64,000 bases of DNA from a virus. Under the pieces are notes generated by a model, which had not been told where the DNA came from, made no database searches, and saw only the letters and a list, made by a program, of their open reading frames with translations. The DNA is taken from positions 20,383 through 84,382 of the IMG/VR virus record IMGVR_UViG_3300036879_000022; one strand, written 5' to 3'. Below, in pieces: positions 42,796 through 52,121 of the stretch. The position numbers and the translations under genes were made by a program. Within the stretch, counting starts at the first letter, position 1. Every line of letters begins with the position of its first letter.

Positions 42796-43855
42796 TTGTG
42801 TCCCCAACATACACGCTGCCCCCGGCCGTGCAAGGCAAACCGATGCTTATGGTTTACGAACCGTGAAGACCCTTGCAGAATAGGCGTTAGCGAAGCGTTA
42901 ACCACGGCGAGCGGTTTGACTTGCGAGCCGCGATGGCATGCGCTACATCGGTGGGTATAAGAGATGGAGCAAAGCAAGTGACCTACGAAGTGAGCATCAA
43001 GACCCAATACGCGCAGGCCGATAGCGTCTTTATCGAAGCGGCTACCGCGAAAGACGCGATATCGAAAGCCCGCCGGACCGCTCGTCTTGAAGGCTGGTTC
43101 TGTCTCCGCAATGACGGGCGTGTTACCTACACAGTGGTTAAGTGATGCATTTACGCACCGTCAACAACGTGTTCTCCGCCTCGAAGCTCCCGATCGAGCT
43201 TGTCAAGGGCAAGGACTATCTGTACCTCATCTTCGATGACGGCACGCGCTACGACACGCTGTCCATCATGGTGCCGAGGCTCAACGATCTCACGCTCGCG
43301 CAGTGGGTCGAAGAGGGAAAACAATTCGCCGCGAAAATGGAAAGCAAATGAGCAAGCGCAAAACGATCCAGATCGCCGACCTCAAGGCGAAGGCCAACAA
43401 GGTCTTCCGCGAAAGCGAAGATGATTATGCGGACGGTCGCCGGCACATCCAGAACTTCGTCGAGAACGTCTTGATGGAGGCCGATCAGTACAAGGGCTTC
43501 GGCTACCTGAGCAAGGACAAGGTCGCCCCGGGCAAGACGTTCGGGATCGAGTTCGTCGGCAATGAGCCTAAGTTTCATGACCATACCCGGATCGAGTTCT
43601 TTTAACCACGATCAACGGTTTGAATTGACCCGATGTCAGCGAACGGCTACATCGGGGAATGTCACCGAAAGACGACACCATGACCAAGAAGTTCAAAGTT
43701 CAAAAGTGCGTGGCCCTCGCCGGCAAACTGCCGAGCGGCGTTCGGGTCGGGCGCGTCTGGGAGACGATCGGCACCTATGGGCGCCGGGCCGTTGCCGAGC
43801 GCGTAGCGCAGAACCTTCGGCAGGACTTGCACGACAACGAAGTGAGGATTTCACA

Positions 43856-44149
43856 ATGAAACGTATCTTGCTCGCCGCTGTCGCGGCGACTGCACTGTCC
43901 GCTTCGGCGTCTGCCGGGGGGTTGCAGTTCAACTGCCGGTCCACGAGCTACTACGGCACCTACAACGGTGGCTGCTCGCTTGAGGACATCAAGGACCCGA
44001 AGAAGCTGACTGAGGAAGAGATCGCTGCGCTCAAGGTCGAAGACGACAAGTGGCTGGCGTTCTGCAAGCCGGTCAGGCAGCCCGACGATGAAGGTGTCAT
44101 CCGTTTGCGCTACGCGCACAAGGGATGTGAATTTGGCAGGAGCGAGTGA
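43856..44149 (+). CDS. Secreted Cys-containing protein
   Basis: Signal peptide MKRILLAAVAATALSASASA; FCKP..RYAHKGCEFG. Confidence 0.7.
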   Translation: MKRILLAAVAATALSASASAGGLQFNCRSTSYYGTYNGGCSLEDIKDPKKLTEEEIAALKVEDDKWLAFCKPVRQPDDEGVIRLRYAHKGCEFGRSE

Positions 44150-44870
44150 TGAACGTCCATCTTACACCGGACATGCTGATCAACCGGGCGCCCCATAAGC
44201 CGCTGTCGCCCTTCAAGGTACGACGGCGCGGAGCGAACGCGTTCTGGGATGCGGTCAAGCAGGACTATCCCAAATACGCCGATGCGCAAGAACGCGCCGA
44301 GCGCGAGCGGGATAAATTTGATCCGAGCTACCATGCGCCCAAGACTGCAAGGGTTCACGCGGGCGAGCAGATCACTGGCGCATTCATTCTGGGATGGAAA
44401 GACCGATGGACAAATACCTCGGCGAGGCCTACGAAGAGTTTTGGCAGAACTATTACCCGGAGCAGCACAATGGCTGACCTTCTCAAAGACGGCGCCCGCA
44501 AGCCGCGTATCCTCGGCGGCACATGCTACACCGCCAACAACTACGACCGCAACGAAGTCACCGAACGCGGCGTCATGCCCGGGATGTGCTATGACCTCAC
44601 GATCAGCGGCAACACGAGCTACACCGCTCGCCTGACCGAGGTCGAGATGCTGCGCACCATGCAGGAGTGGTTGACGCGCTACAACGCGCATCAGGATCAA
44701 AAGCGGAGGCATGCCCGTGTCTCCGCTTGAGGGCATCCCGGAGTACCTGAAAATTCCGCAGGACGAACGCAAGGCCGCGTGGGAGAAATTCCGCGCGGAT
44801 CGGAAAGCTCTACCACCGGAAGCGCCGCCGGCTATCAGGCGCATCACCGATCTGCCCGGAGCAAAGCACC

Positions 44871-45251
44871 ATGACGACCCCGACGCTTGAAGATACCATC
44901 CGCAGTCTCGCTGCCCGAGGGGAGATTTCGCATATCTCGCTTACCCCATCGCAGGGGGGCAGGATGTGGCGCGCATCGTTCACGATGTGCTCGCACTTTG
45001 GCGTCAGCTTCGCCGAGGACAAGGACCCGGTCGAAGCGCTCATGCTCGCGTTCACGAGCGCGAAGCTCAAGAAGCCTCGGGCCACGCTCAACCTGAAACC
45101 GGAGCCTGAGCCGGCTGACGCGAGCGACACCAACGATGCGGATGGACCCGCCCCGGGAAACCCGATCGCGCCGCTGGCCAATGTTGATGGCGGCGTCACG
45201 ATCGACTGGAGCACGGGGCAGGCGATCGACCCCCTCAGCGACTTGATGTAG
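44871..45251 (+). CDS. Hypothetical protein ending SDLM
   Basis: 126 aa with GGAG RBS. Confidence 0.65.
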   Translation: MTTPTLEDTIRSLAARGEISHISLTPSQGGRMWRASFTMCSHFGVSFAEDKDPVEALMLAFTSAKLKKPRATLNLKPEPEPADASDTNDADGPAPGNPIAPLANVDGGVTIDWSTGQAIDPLSDLM

Positions 45252-45258
45252 TCGGGGG

Positions 45259-45298
45259 CTAATTCCCAGTTGTCTCCGGGAACGTTGCGCGCTAAGTT
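45259..45298 (+). promoter_or_regulatory. Promoter with conserved CTAATTCCCAGTTGTC element
   Basis: TTGTCT-17-TAAGTT; identical 16-mer at 50335. Confidence 0.7.
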
Positions 45299-45329
45299 CA
45301 ACGCCCAATCGCCACCCGGAGACACGCCC

Positions 45330-45578
45330 ATGGCCCGCCTCAAAGCCAAGACCCGCAACAAGCTCCCCGCCTCGAAGTTCGGCCTGCCCGGTGCCAAGGG
45401 CAAAGGCAAAGCCAAGGGCAAATACCCGATGCCCGACAAGGCCCATGCGGAGGACGCCGAGGGCCGGGCGACCCAGATGGTCGCGAAGGGCAAGCTGTCT
45501 CCCGAGCAGGCCTCGAAGATCAAGCACAAAGCTGAAGCGGTCCTCGGCAAGCACGACTGCAAGTATCACAACTGTTGA
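45330..45578 (+). CDS. DUF6582-like small basic protein
   Basis: RNKLPASKFGLP..KYPMPDKAHA..A..RA.Q pattern. Confidence 0.7.
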   Translation: MARLKAKTRNKLPASKFGLPGAKGKGKAKGKYPMPDKAHAEDAEGRATQMVAKGKLSPEQASKIKHKAEAVLGKHDCKYHNC

Positions 45579-45590
45579 TCGGAACGCGCC

Positions 45591-46085
45591 ATGGCAAAAG
45601 ACGCCCTCGGACACGGTAGCGAAGGACGCGGCGCGCATGCGGGCGCGGTCGCGCGTGTTGGCTTGCAGAACCCGAACCACCCGATATACAACACGGCGCA
45701 GAAGATGCGCGGCTACAATGGCCCGATCTCGCCGCTCACTGCCGACTACAGCACTGGCGGCAGGATGCTGCGGGATCGCACGAGCGGCATGACGAAGGAT
45801 GAGCACATGGCTGCGGGCGATCAACACGCCCAACAGTCGGGAGCACTTCGCGCGGCCCACGGTGGTGCTGTTGATACGGCGATGCGTGGCCTTCAGGGGC
45901 GCGACCCCGGCCCGCTGATCTCCGGCATCGTCTCGGACAAGTTCTCGGCCAGCGACAAGGGCAAGCTGCGGGACTTGGCTGTCGGCTCCGGCAAACACAC
46001 GAGCGCAGCGTTCGCGCACTACGCCGCCGCTGGAATGCGGATCGGCACCGCACGCACGCGGTTTCACTCAGTAAGGGGTACGTGA
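45591..46085 (+). CDS. KDALGHGS-leader protein 1
   Basis: MAKDALGHGSEG. Confidence 0.85.
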   Translation: MAKDALGHGSEGRGAHAGAVARVGLQNPNHPIYNTAQKMRGYNGPISPLTADYSTGGRMLRDRTSGMTKDEHMAAGDQHAQQSGALRAAHGGAVDTAMRGLQGRDPGPLISGIVSDKFSASDKGKLRDLAVGSGKHTSAAFAHYAAAGMRIGTARTRFHSVRGT

Positions 46086-46086
46086 C

Positions 46087-46458
46087 ATGAAGGACGCACT
46101 CGGACACGGATCGAACGATCGCGGCGGCGCAGGCCTCCACTCGGCTGGCGTGCAAGCGACGCCCCAGCTTCAGCGCCGGCACTTCGAAGCCATCGCAGCC
46201 GATCTGAAGGCGCAGGCTCCAAAGTCGTGGGGCGACAACAGCTCCAAGGCGAACTCGGACGCGAACGGCGCACACATGGCCAAAGTCAATGATGTCGCGG
46301 ACAAGCTCGCGATGACCAACCCGGGCTTCCGCCGAGATTTCTTCGTCAAGGCGGCGACGCCGGGCGGCGCGTACAATAACAAATCGCGCGAGCGATCGGC
46401 GACGAAACCGGGCTTCGCGTCGAAAGTGAGCAGGGCGAAGAAATTCGCAGGGATGTGA
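46087..46458 (+). CDS. KDALGHGS-leader protein 2
   Basis: MKDALGHGSND. Confidence 0.85.
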   Translation: MKDALGHGSNDRGGAGLHSAGVQATPQLQRRHFEAIAADLKAQAPKSWGDNSSKANSDANGAHMAKVNDVADKLAMTNPGFRRDFFVKAATPGGAYNNKSRERSATKPGFASKVSRAKKFAGM

Positions 46459-46461
46459 GCC

Positions 46462-46782
46462 ATGAAGGACGCACTCGGACACGGAAGTAACGGCGTCGGC
46501 GCGCAGCTTCGGCAGCGGATCGATGCGGATCGGCATATGTTCGGCGGACCCCGTCCGACGCTCCTGCGCGACAACACGTCGAACGCGCAGGCCGCGCGAT
46601 CTCTCATGGGCAGCTTGAAGTCCACCATGGTCCCCGTGCACGACAGCATGGCCGGCCGCGCATCGAACCCGACCTCGCAACGCGGGCCGACTGATCTGGG
46701 CAACCGGATCAAGTCCGCTGTAGGGCGCGGATCGAACTCGGAAGATCGCGCGGCGTTCGCCGCATGGAACGGACTGAAATGA
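46462..46782 (+). CDS. KDALGHGS-leader protein 3 with PVHDSM motif
   Basis: MKDALGHGSNG; AARSLMGSLKSTMVPVHDSM. Confidence 0.85.
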   Translation: MKDALGHGSNGVGAQLRQRIDADRHMFGGPRPTLLRDNTSNAQAARSLMGSLKSTMVPVHDSMAGRASNPTSQRGPTDLGNRIKSAVGRGSNSEDRAAFAAWNGLK

Positions 46783-46961
46783 AACGGCACAAGCGGGTCA
46801 CGAACAAAGACGCGGCGAGAGAGCTTTCGAGCGGCTACGGCCCGGCCCCGGTTCACCCCGCAATGGTTTCCATGGCGACGGTCTACGCGGCGGACAAGGA
46901 CCCGGCTGCAAACGCAACGGATGCATCGGATGACACGGACGACCAAGGCGGAAGTGACTGA
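46779..46961 (+). CDS. Array protein with PVH motif only
   Basis: DAARELSSGYGPAPVHPAM. Confidence 0.7.
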   Translation: MKRHKRVTNKDAARELSSGYGPAPVHPAMVSMATVYAADKDPAANATDASDDTDDQGGSD

Positions 46962-47112
46962 TCAGGACGTGAAGGTCCATCTCGCGCTCGGCGGCGGCAA
47001 ATCTCACGAGGCGCCGATCCATCCTGCGATGATCGGCAAAGGGCAGAACAAACTCGAAGTCGGCTCAACTCTGGGCTATGGCATCGGATCAGCGATAGGA
47101 GCGGGCACATGA
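46954..47112 (+). CDS. Array protein with PIH motif only
   Basis: GTG start; LALGGGKSHEAPIHPAM. Confidence 0.65.
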   Translation: MTDQDVKVHLALGGGKSHEAPIHPAMIGKGQNKLEVGSTLGYGIGSAIGAGT

Positions 47113-47582
47113 AAGACGCACTCGGACACGGAAGCAACGGCGGCTGGGGCCAGCATCCCGCCACCGGAAAGCTGAAGACCGCTTCGAAGTATCAGTCGTT
47201 CAACGGACGCATGGACGCCGTCGTCCGGACCGAGCGTATGCCAGCCGGACATCTCTGGCAGCATGGAAATCAGTATGGCTACGCCAACAGCGTGGCCGAC
47301 GCCAAGGCGACCGTCGAGAGCCGCGTTGCCGACGAAGACCGATACAAGACGCACGAGCCGGTCACCACGTCACAGTTCGACGGACCGCGCGAGCGGTCGG
47401 GGCTGGGCAACGCGACGCACAACGAGAACGGTCACGCATGGGGATCGCCCGAGGCGCTGAAAGACTTCAAGGACAAATACAACCGGGGCCGTGCCGAGGG
47501 CAACGCGAAGAACCGGGCAGAAGGCAAAGCGTTCCGCAGTGCCAAGGGCGAGATCAACCGTCTCCGCAAGCAGGGGAAGTGA
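47109..47582 (+). CDS. KDALGHGS-leader protein 4
   Basis: MKDALGHGSNG; SQFDGPRERSGLG. Confidence 0.85.
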   Translation: MKDALGHGSNGGWGQHPATGKLKTASKYQSFNGRMDAVVRTERMPAGHLWQHGNQYGYANSVADAKATVESRVADEDRYKTHEPVTTSQFDGPRERSGLGNATHNENGHAWGSPEALKDFKDKYNRGRAEGNAKNRAEGKAFRSAKGEINRLRKQGK

Positions 47583-47583
47583 C

Positions 47584-48009
47584 ATGGCGAAAGACGCAAA
47601 AGGCCACGGGTCCAACAGCCACGACTATAGCGGCGTCAAGACCTATCCAGCTATCACAGGCTTCGAAGGTCTCCGCAAGTCGCTCAATCTGGACGCTCTT
47701 CAAGCGGGCGGTCAGCCGGTCTCTGGCAACGCCAACGCAGCTCACGAGCTTTCGAGCGGCGGTCCGAAGTCGGTAGCGTCTCCGGTCCATGACAGCATGG
47801 TCGGCGCGAACGTGTCGCAGTTCGACGGACCGCGCGAGCGGTCGGGGCTGGGCGCGCACGACCAAGCGGTCAAGGATTTCAAAGAGGGTCGGATGACGCA
47901 CGGCGACATCCCGCCTCGGACCCCGTCCGAGCGAAACGTCAAGGCTCTCAATGAGAGCACGGGCTACCGCATTCGCAACGGCACCCTTCGCGGCAAACCC
48001 GGGAAATAA
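47584..48009 (+). CDS. KDAKGHGS-leader protein 5 with PVHDSM motif
   Basis: MAKDAKGHGSN; AAHELSSGGPKSVASPVHDSM; SQFDGPRERSGLG. Confidence 0.85.
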   Translation: MAKDAKGHGSNSHDYSGVKTYPAITGFEGLRKSLNLDALQAGGQPVSGNANAAHELSSGGPKSVASPVHDSMVGANVSQFDGPRERSGLGAHDQAVKDFKEGRMTHGDIPPRTPSERNVKALNESTGYRIRNGTLRGKPGK

Positions 48010-48022
48010 CGGAGCAAGTGAC

Positions 48023-48514
48023 ATGAAAGACGCAAAAGGTCACGGCAGCAATGAGCGCGGCGGCACCAAGCCGAACGCAAAGGGCATGCGGCTCATCAAG
48101 ACCCATGTGCTCGGGCCGCACTCAGCGAAGGTCTACAACAATCCCGAGTGGGGCGAGAAGGTCGTGCAGACGTTCCGCAACGGCGTCTATCAGTCGAAGA
48201 ACGACTAGCACACCGACGATCTCGCGGACGCGCATGCGACCGCGCAATCGCAGTTGAAGCGCTGGGACGATCAAGATGGCGGCGGTGGCATGATGGGGGC
48301 CATGAAGGCCAAGCTTTCCGACGATATCGCCGCCGGCCGCATGCTGAGCAGCGGCGGCCCGAAGTCGGCGGCGGTTCCGATCCACGACAGCATGCAATCC
48401 GCGTCTCGCGCGTTCTCGGACAAGAATAACGAAAAGTGGGGCTCGTATGCTAACGTCGGGAACGCAAAGGCGAATGACGCCGTGTTCGGTTCCGGACGGC
48501 ACAAGCTCACGTAG
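48023..48514 (+). pseudogene. KDAKGHGS-leader protein 6 interrupted by an in-frame TAG (48206-48208)
   Basis: MKDAKGHGSN..SKND*HTDD.. continues in the same frame to LSSGGPKSAAVPIHDSM. Confidence 0.75.
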
Positions 48515-48526
48515 GGGCAGCACGAG

Positions 48527-48781
48527 ATGAAAAACGTTCGCGGTACATCGGGGACGAACCGGCTCGCTGACGAGGGGGCGCGCGGCTTTGTGACGGCTCC
48601 CGGAGTGCGCGGCTTCGCCACGTCCACACAGAACACCGACGCGGCCAACGAGCTGGCCAGCGGCCCGAAGTCGCGCATGGTACCGGTTCACGACAGCATG
48701 AGCGGCTACAACGGCGTGCCGGTCCCGAGCGATAACATTCAGGACATGGCGCGGCAGCGCGGATATCAGGCGGCATCATAA
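48527..48781 (+). CDS. Array protein with PVHDSM motif
   Basis: DAANELASGPKSRMVPVHDSM. Confidence 0.8.
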   Translation: MKNVRGTSGTNRLADEGARGFVTAPGVRGFATSTQNTDAANELASGPKSRMVPVHDSMSGYNGVPVPSDNIQDMARQRGYQAAS

Positions 48782-49002
48782 TGGCACCAATGCAACGGAT
48801 TTCCAAGCCGACCCACTCGGTCGGGGTCACGATCGCCGTCCCGCATACGCGGTTCGCGCCGACGCCGAATATGTCGCCGCTGGAGATCGCGTTCCGGAAG
48901 GGACAAGAGGCTAAGCGCCTCGGCCGTCCGGCGGAGAGCCCGCACACGGACAATGAAGTGGGCGAGCTTGCAAAAGAATGGGAACGGGGATATGGGTCAT
49001 GA
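48781..49002 (+). CDS. Hypothetical protein
   Basis: AFRKGQEA..SPH..EWERGY; coupled to neighbours. Confidence 0.65.
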   Translation: MAPMQRISKPTHSVGVTIAVPHTRFAPTPNMSPLEIAFRKGQEAKRLGRPAESPHTDNEVGELAKEWERGYGS

Positions 49003-49193
49003 ACATGATTTGGGTAACAGCGCCGAACGGGGTCAGGTTCGAGATCGACCCCGAGAAGATCAGCGTCCTTGAGCCGGCTCAGCCGGGCATGTACGCGCCG
49101 GGAGCGAAGGCGGTTTTTCGCGTCGATGGCGAGATGCATGCAGTCAAAGAAACCGTCGCTCAAATCGACACCATGCGTGGGGCGGGAAAATGA
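48999..49193 (+). CDS. FlbD-like small protein
   Basis: IWVTAPNG..IDPEKI..VKETVAQI resembles the FlbD family pattern. Confidence 0.55.
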   Translation: MNMIWVTAPNGVRFEIDPEKISVLEPAQPGMYAPGAKAVFRVDGEMHAVKETVAQIDTMRGAGK

Positions 49194-49405
49194 AGGACGC
49201 TCTGGGGCACGGGAGCGTGAGCAATGCGGACGCGGCGAATGCGCTTGCGAGCGGCGCGAAGTCGGCGATCGTTCCAGTCCATGCTAGTATGAGCGAGGAC
49301 ACTGCACTCGAAATATCGCGGCTCGAACGCCGCGCGTATGAGAACGTTAGACGGAAAGCAGCTTCGCAACAGTTGGGCGAAGCGTGGAAGGGGCTAGGTC
49401 AATGA
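49190..49405 (+). CDS. KDALGHGS-leader protein 7 (leader + PVH motif + cargo)
   Basis: MKDALGHGSVSNADAANALASGAKSAIVPVHASM, then a homolog of 41330-41500. Confidence 0.85.
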   Translation: MKDALGHGSVSNADAANALASGAKSAIVPVHASMSEDTALEISRLERRAYENVRRKAASQQLGEAWKGLGQ

Positions 49406-49656
49406 AGGACGCTCTGGGACACGGCAGCAACCCGCAAGGCTTGATGGTCGCGCACCAAACGGGAGTGCGTAAGGCGATCGGCTTCAAGGTCGAGAAGCAT
49501 CTCGCGTTCTCCGGCAGAACGGCCGCCGGCCAGCGCAACCTCGCGACCGGCAACGTCTGGGGCAAGGTCGCTGGCGGCAAGCGGCGCGCGGTCGCGGAGA
49601 AGATCGCGATGGGCGCGCGAATTGACAACCCGAACTCAAGGATCAGGATCAGATGA
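49402..49656 (+). CDS. KDALGHGS-leader protein 8
   Basis: MKDALGHGSNP. Confidence 0.85.
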   Translation: MKDALGHGSNPQGLMVAHQTGVRKAIGFKVEKHLAFSGRTAAGQRNLATGNVWGKVAGGKRRAVAEKIAMGARIDNPNSRIRIR

Positions 49657-50108
49657 AAGACGCACTCGGACACGGAAGCAACGGCCTGCACGCGGGCGGC
49701 GTCAACAAGATCGGCAATCTCCCGGTCCACCCGAACGAGCTGCGCACGATCCAGAAGAACCCATGGGGCGCGAGCGTGAAGCCGCAGACCGGTGTCTCGC
49801 CGACGACCGGGTACATGGTTTCGATACAGGGCCGCACTCAGAGCCCGACCTCGGCGGCGCTCGCCGGTCCGCAGGGTGCGAGCATCATTCGCGACTACGC
49901 GCGCAACAACTCCGATCTGTTGCAGAAGCCTGACATGCACATCGGGAGCCGGGCCGACGAAACCGGTCGCACGCATCTCGACGTGTCGCAGAACATCCCT
50001 GATCGCGCGACTGCTGTCCAAGAGGGGCGTCGTCGCAATCAACAGGGTATCTGGGATGTTGCCCGCAAGAAGTTCATCGGCACGGGCGGCACGGGAGACG
50101 CGGCATGA
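49653..50108 (+). CDS. KDALGHGS-leader protein 9
   Basis: MKDALGHGSNG. Confidence 0.85.
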   Translation: MKDALGHGSNGLHAGGVNKIGNLPVHPNELRTIQKNPWGASVKPQTGVSPTTGYMVSIQGRTQSPTSAALAGPQGASIIRDYARNNSDLLQKPDMHIGSRADETGRTHLDVSQNIPDRATAVQEGRRRNQQGIWDVARKKFIGTGGTGDAA

Positions 50109-50338
50109 TCAGTGCAACGAAGAGCCACGTGAAGTGGGATCGCGGCAATCGGAGTGTGACCGATGACGAAGCTGCTGACGTTCTTGCAAATGGCCATCCG
50201 AAGAGTGGTCCGCCGAGTTTTCCTGAGCCCGCTAAAGTTCTGCCGGGCGCGCCGGGCGCTGGCGCGGCTCCGGGCGCGAACGGCCCGCCTACGACAGGCG
50301 CGTCGGTAGGTCCGGGCGGGCCATTGGGTTCGATCTAA
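50105..50338 (+). CDS. Array protein with degenerate second motif
   Basis: VTDDEAADVLANGHPKS. Confidence 0.7.
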   Translation: MISATKSHVKWDRGNRSVTDDEAADVLANGHPKSGPPSFPEPAKVLPGAPGAGAAPGANGPPTTGASVGPGGPLGSI

Positions 50339-50374
50339 TTCCCAGTTGTCCCGGAGAAGCTCTCCGCGTATGCT
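50335..50374 (+). promoter_or_regulatory. Promoter with conserved CTAATTCCCAGTTGTC element
   Basis: TTGTCC-17-TATGCT. Confidence 0.7.
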
Positions 50375-50410
50375 TGCGAAGAAATTCCAACTATCGCAAG
50401 GATTATGCAC

Positions 50411-50779
50411 ATGGCACTTCGTGGCTCAGGCGTTGTAGCAAAGACCATCGATCCCCCGATGCAGGATCGCATCTCCAACAGCCCCGTCGATCCGCGCGCT
50501 GGCGCCGCCAAGCGGACCCAGACCAAGTTTCCGGTCAAGCCGGGCATGACCGATATGGTCAAGGGCTCCGTGTCATCGTTCGCCGGCCCGAAGAACCCGG
50601 GCGTCGGCCCGGATGCCTCCAGCTCCAATCCGCTTGACCCGTCGCCGACCGACAAGATTTTGCGTCGGCAGCCGCAGGAGATCAAGTCCTCGTGGGGCAT
50701 GGTGGACGCCAACGGTCAGTCGGTCAATGGCAACCTCGGCAAGGCCATCCTCGACGAAGCCGGCCGCCTCGGCCGCTAA
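50411..50779 (+). CDS. Hypothetical low-complexity protein
   Basis: ORF directly downstream of the promoter. Confidence 0.7.
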   Translation: MALRGSGVVAKTIDPPMQDRISNSPVDPRAGAAKRTQTKFPVKPGMTDMVKGSVSSFAGPKNPGVGPDASSSNPLDPSPTDKILRRQPQEIKSSWGMVDANGQSVNGNLGKAILDEAGRLGR

Positions 50780-50935
50780 CCCATGCCAACCCCCGCATGC
50801 TCGTGGCAAACCTTCTGCGGCTTCTTTCTCGCCGCATTCGGGGCCGCGACAGGTTGGGGGATGGGCCTCTTCGTTGTGGCCCAAGTCACGCGAGCCATCG
50901 TGCGGCTGTTCGGCCTAACCTGAAAAGAGACGACC

Positions 50936-51220
50936 ATGGCGATTGATGTAGTCGGAAGCAAAATGAAGTCGGACAATGGCTATGGCCAGAACGGCTATAG
51001 TGGAAGTTCGAGCGATCTCCCCGGCCAGCACACTACCTCCGGCTTTCTGCCGCAGGCCACTGTGCCAGCCGACTGGGGCCAGACGCGCCCCATGTCCGCC
51101 GAGCAGAAGGTGCCGACCACGAAGGGCATGCGCTCGCGTAGTGGCGAAGGCGGAGTGATCCCGGCCGCCAATACCCGGCGTGCGGCCAAGCCCGCGCCCA
51201 ATCGTTCGTTCCAACGGTAA
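50936..51220 (+). CDS. Hypothetical low-complexity protein
   Basis: 94 aa, NGYGQNGY. Confidence 0.65.
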   Translation: MAIDVVGSKMKSDNGYGQNGYSGSSSDLPGQHTTSGFLPQATVPADWGQTRPMSAEQKVPTTKGMRSRSGEGGVIPAANTRRAAKPAPNRSFQR

Positions 51221-51277
51221 CCCTTCCGGGGCGCTACGCGCCTCGGTTTCAACAGTCCCGACCATGGAGAGCCCAAA

Positions 51278-51589
51278 GTGTTGAAACTCGCATCGCTGTC
51301 CCTCGCTGCGCTTCTCTCCGTCGCTTCCCCCGTCCTCGCCAAGCCCCCGATCGCTGCGCCGCCCACGGCGAAGTGCATCGCACCGACCAAGTTTCCAGAC
51401 GCCATCCGCGTCGAAGGCGCCGCTCTCGTCAAGCTCCGAGAGATCGCTCGCGGGCTCCCGGATCAAGTCGATCTCGTGCTTCTGCTCAAGACCGCTCCCG
51501 TCGCCGTCGCCTTCGTCAACGGCTGCGCGGTCGGCTTCGGGCAGCTCGCTCCCCTCGGGCTGAAACCCGCCGATGATGGAGCGATCTGA
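51278..51589 (+). CDS. Secreted hypothetical protein
   Basis: Signal peptide, two Cys, GGAG RBS. Confidence 0.65.
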   Translation: MLKLASLSLAALLSVASPVLAKPPIAAPPTAKCIAPTKFPDAIRVEGAALVKLREIARGLPDQVDLVLLLKTAPVAVAFVNGCAVGFGQLAPLGLKPADDGAI

Positions 51590-51739
51590 GATGGCCGAGA
51601 AAAATAACACGTGCGCTCCGTCGAGTTACGAGAAGCGCCTCCAGCGGCAGCTCGCGGGTATCGAGAAGCATCTGGAAAATTTCCCGAATGACAAGCTGAG
51701 CCAGATGCGCGCAGCTACAATCCGATCGGAGCTATCAAA

Positions 51740-52006
51740 ATGAGTTGGTCGATCTCAAAAATGGGGCTCTCGAAGCCCGTCCTCGCCGCGATCAAGAAAG
51801 AGCGCGCCACTACGGAGATGAGCGAGCCCGAACAGCTCGTCAGAGACCTCGTCGTCGGCGCGATCAAGCTCGCGCTCCGCGACATGCCGGATGATATGCC
51901 GGTCGAGATTTCCGCAAGCGGAAGTCAGTCCGATGTCGGCGACGGTACGTCAGTGAATTCGTTCACGGTCACCGTCACGCCGAAGTGGGGCTTCCTGAGC
52001 AAGTGA
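51740..52006 (+). CDS. Hypothetical protein
   Basis: MSWS..ISASGS; GGAG RBS. Confidence 0.7.
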   Translation: MSWSISKMGLSKPVLAAIKKERATTEMSEPEQLVRDLVVGAIKLALRDMPDDMPVEISASGSQSDVGDGTSVNSFTVTVTPKWGFLSK

Positions 52007-52121
52007 TACAGAACCTCGGATGTAGCTGAGCTGCACCCGACGTTTCGTATCAGAATTACGCGAGCGCGCATGTGCGCCTCCCATCGGCTGGGCCGATGCA
52101 CGACTATTGGAGGATATCCGC

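Noticed and set aside
44844-46067. Long antisense ORFs here and at 52595-53887 and 55872-57167
   Set aside because: Shadow frames of GC-rich coding genes on the opposite strand, with no motifs.
48206-48208. Genome-wide amber reassignment
   Set aside because: Long genes are uninterrupted, TAG ends other genes normally, and no tRNA with a centred CTA anticodon was found. The CTA in 42695-42795 is off-centre.
45591-49690. Repeated ~25-30-nt ATGAAGGACGCACTCGGACACGG units as a CRISPR array
   Set aside because: Repeats are start-of-gene coding sequence with synonymous variation, spacing is hundreds of nt and irregular, and no cas operon is present.
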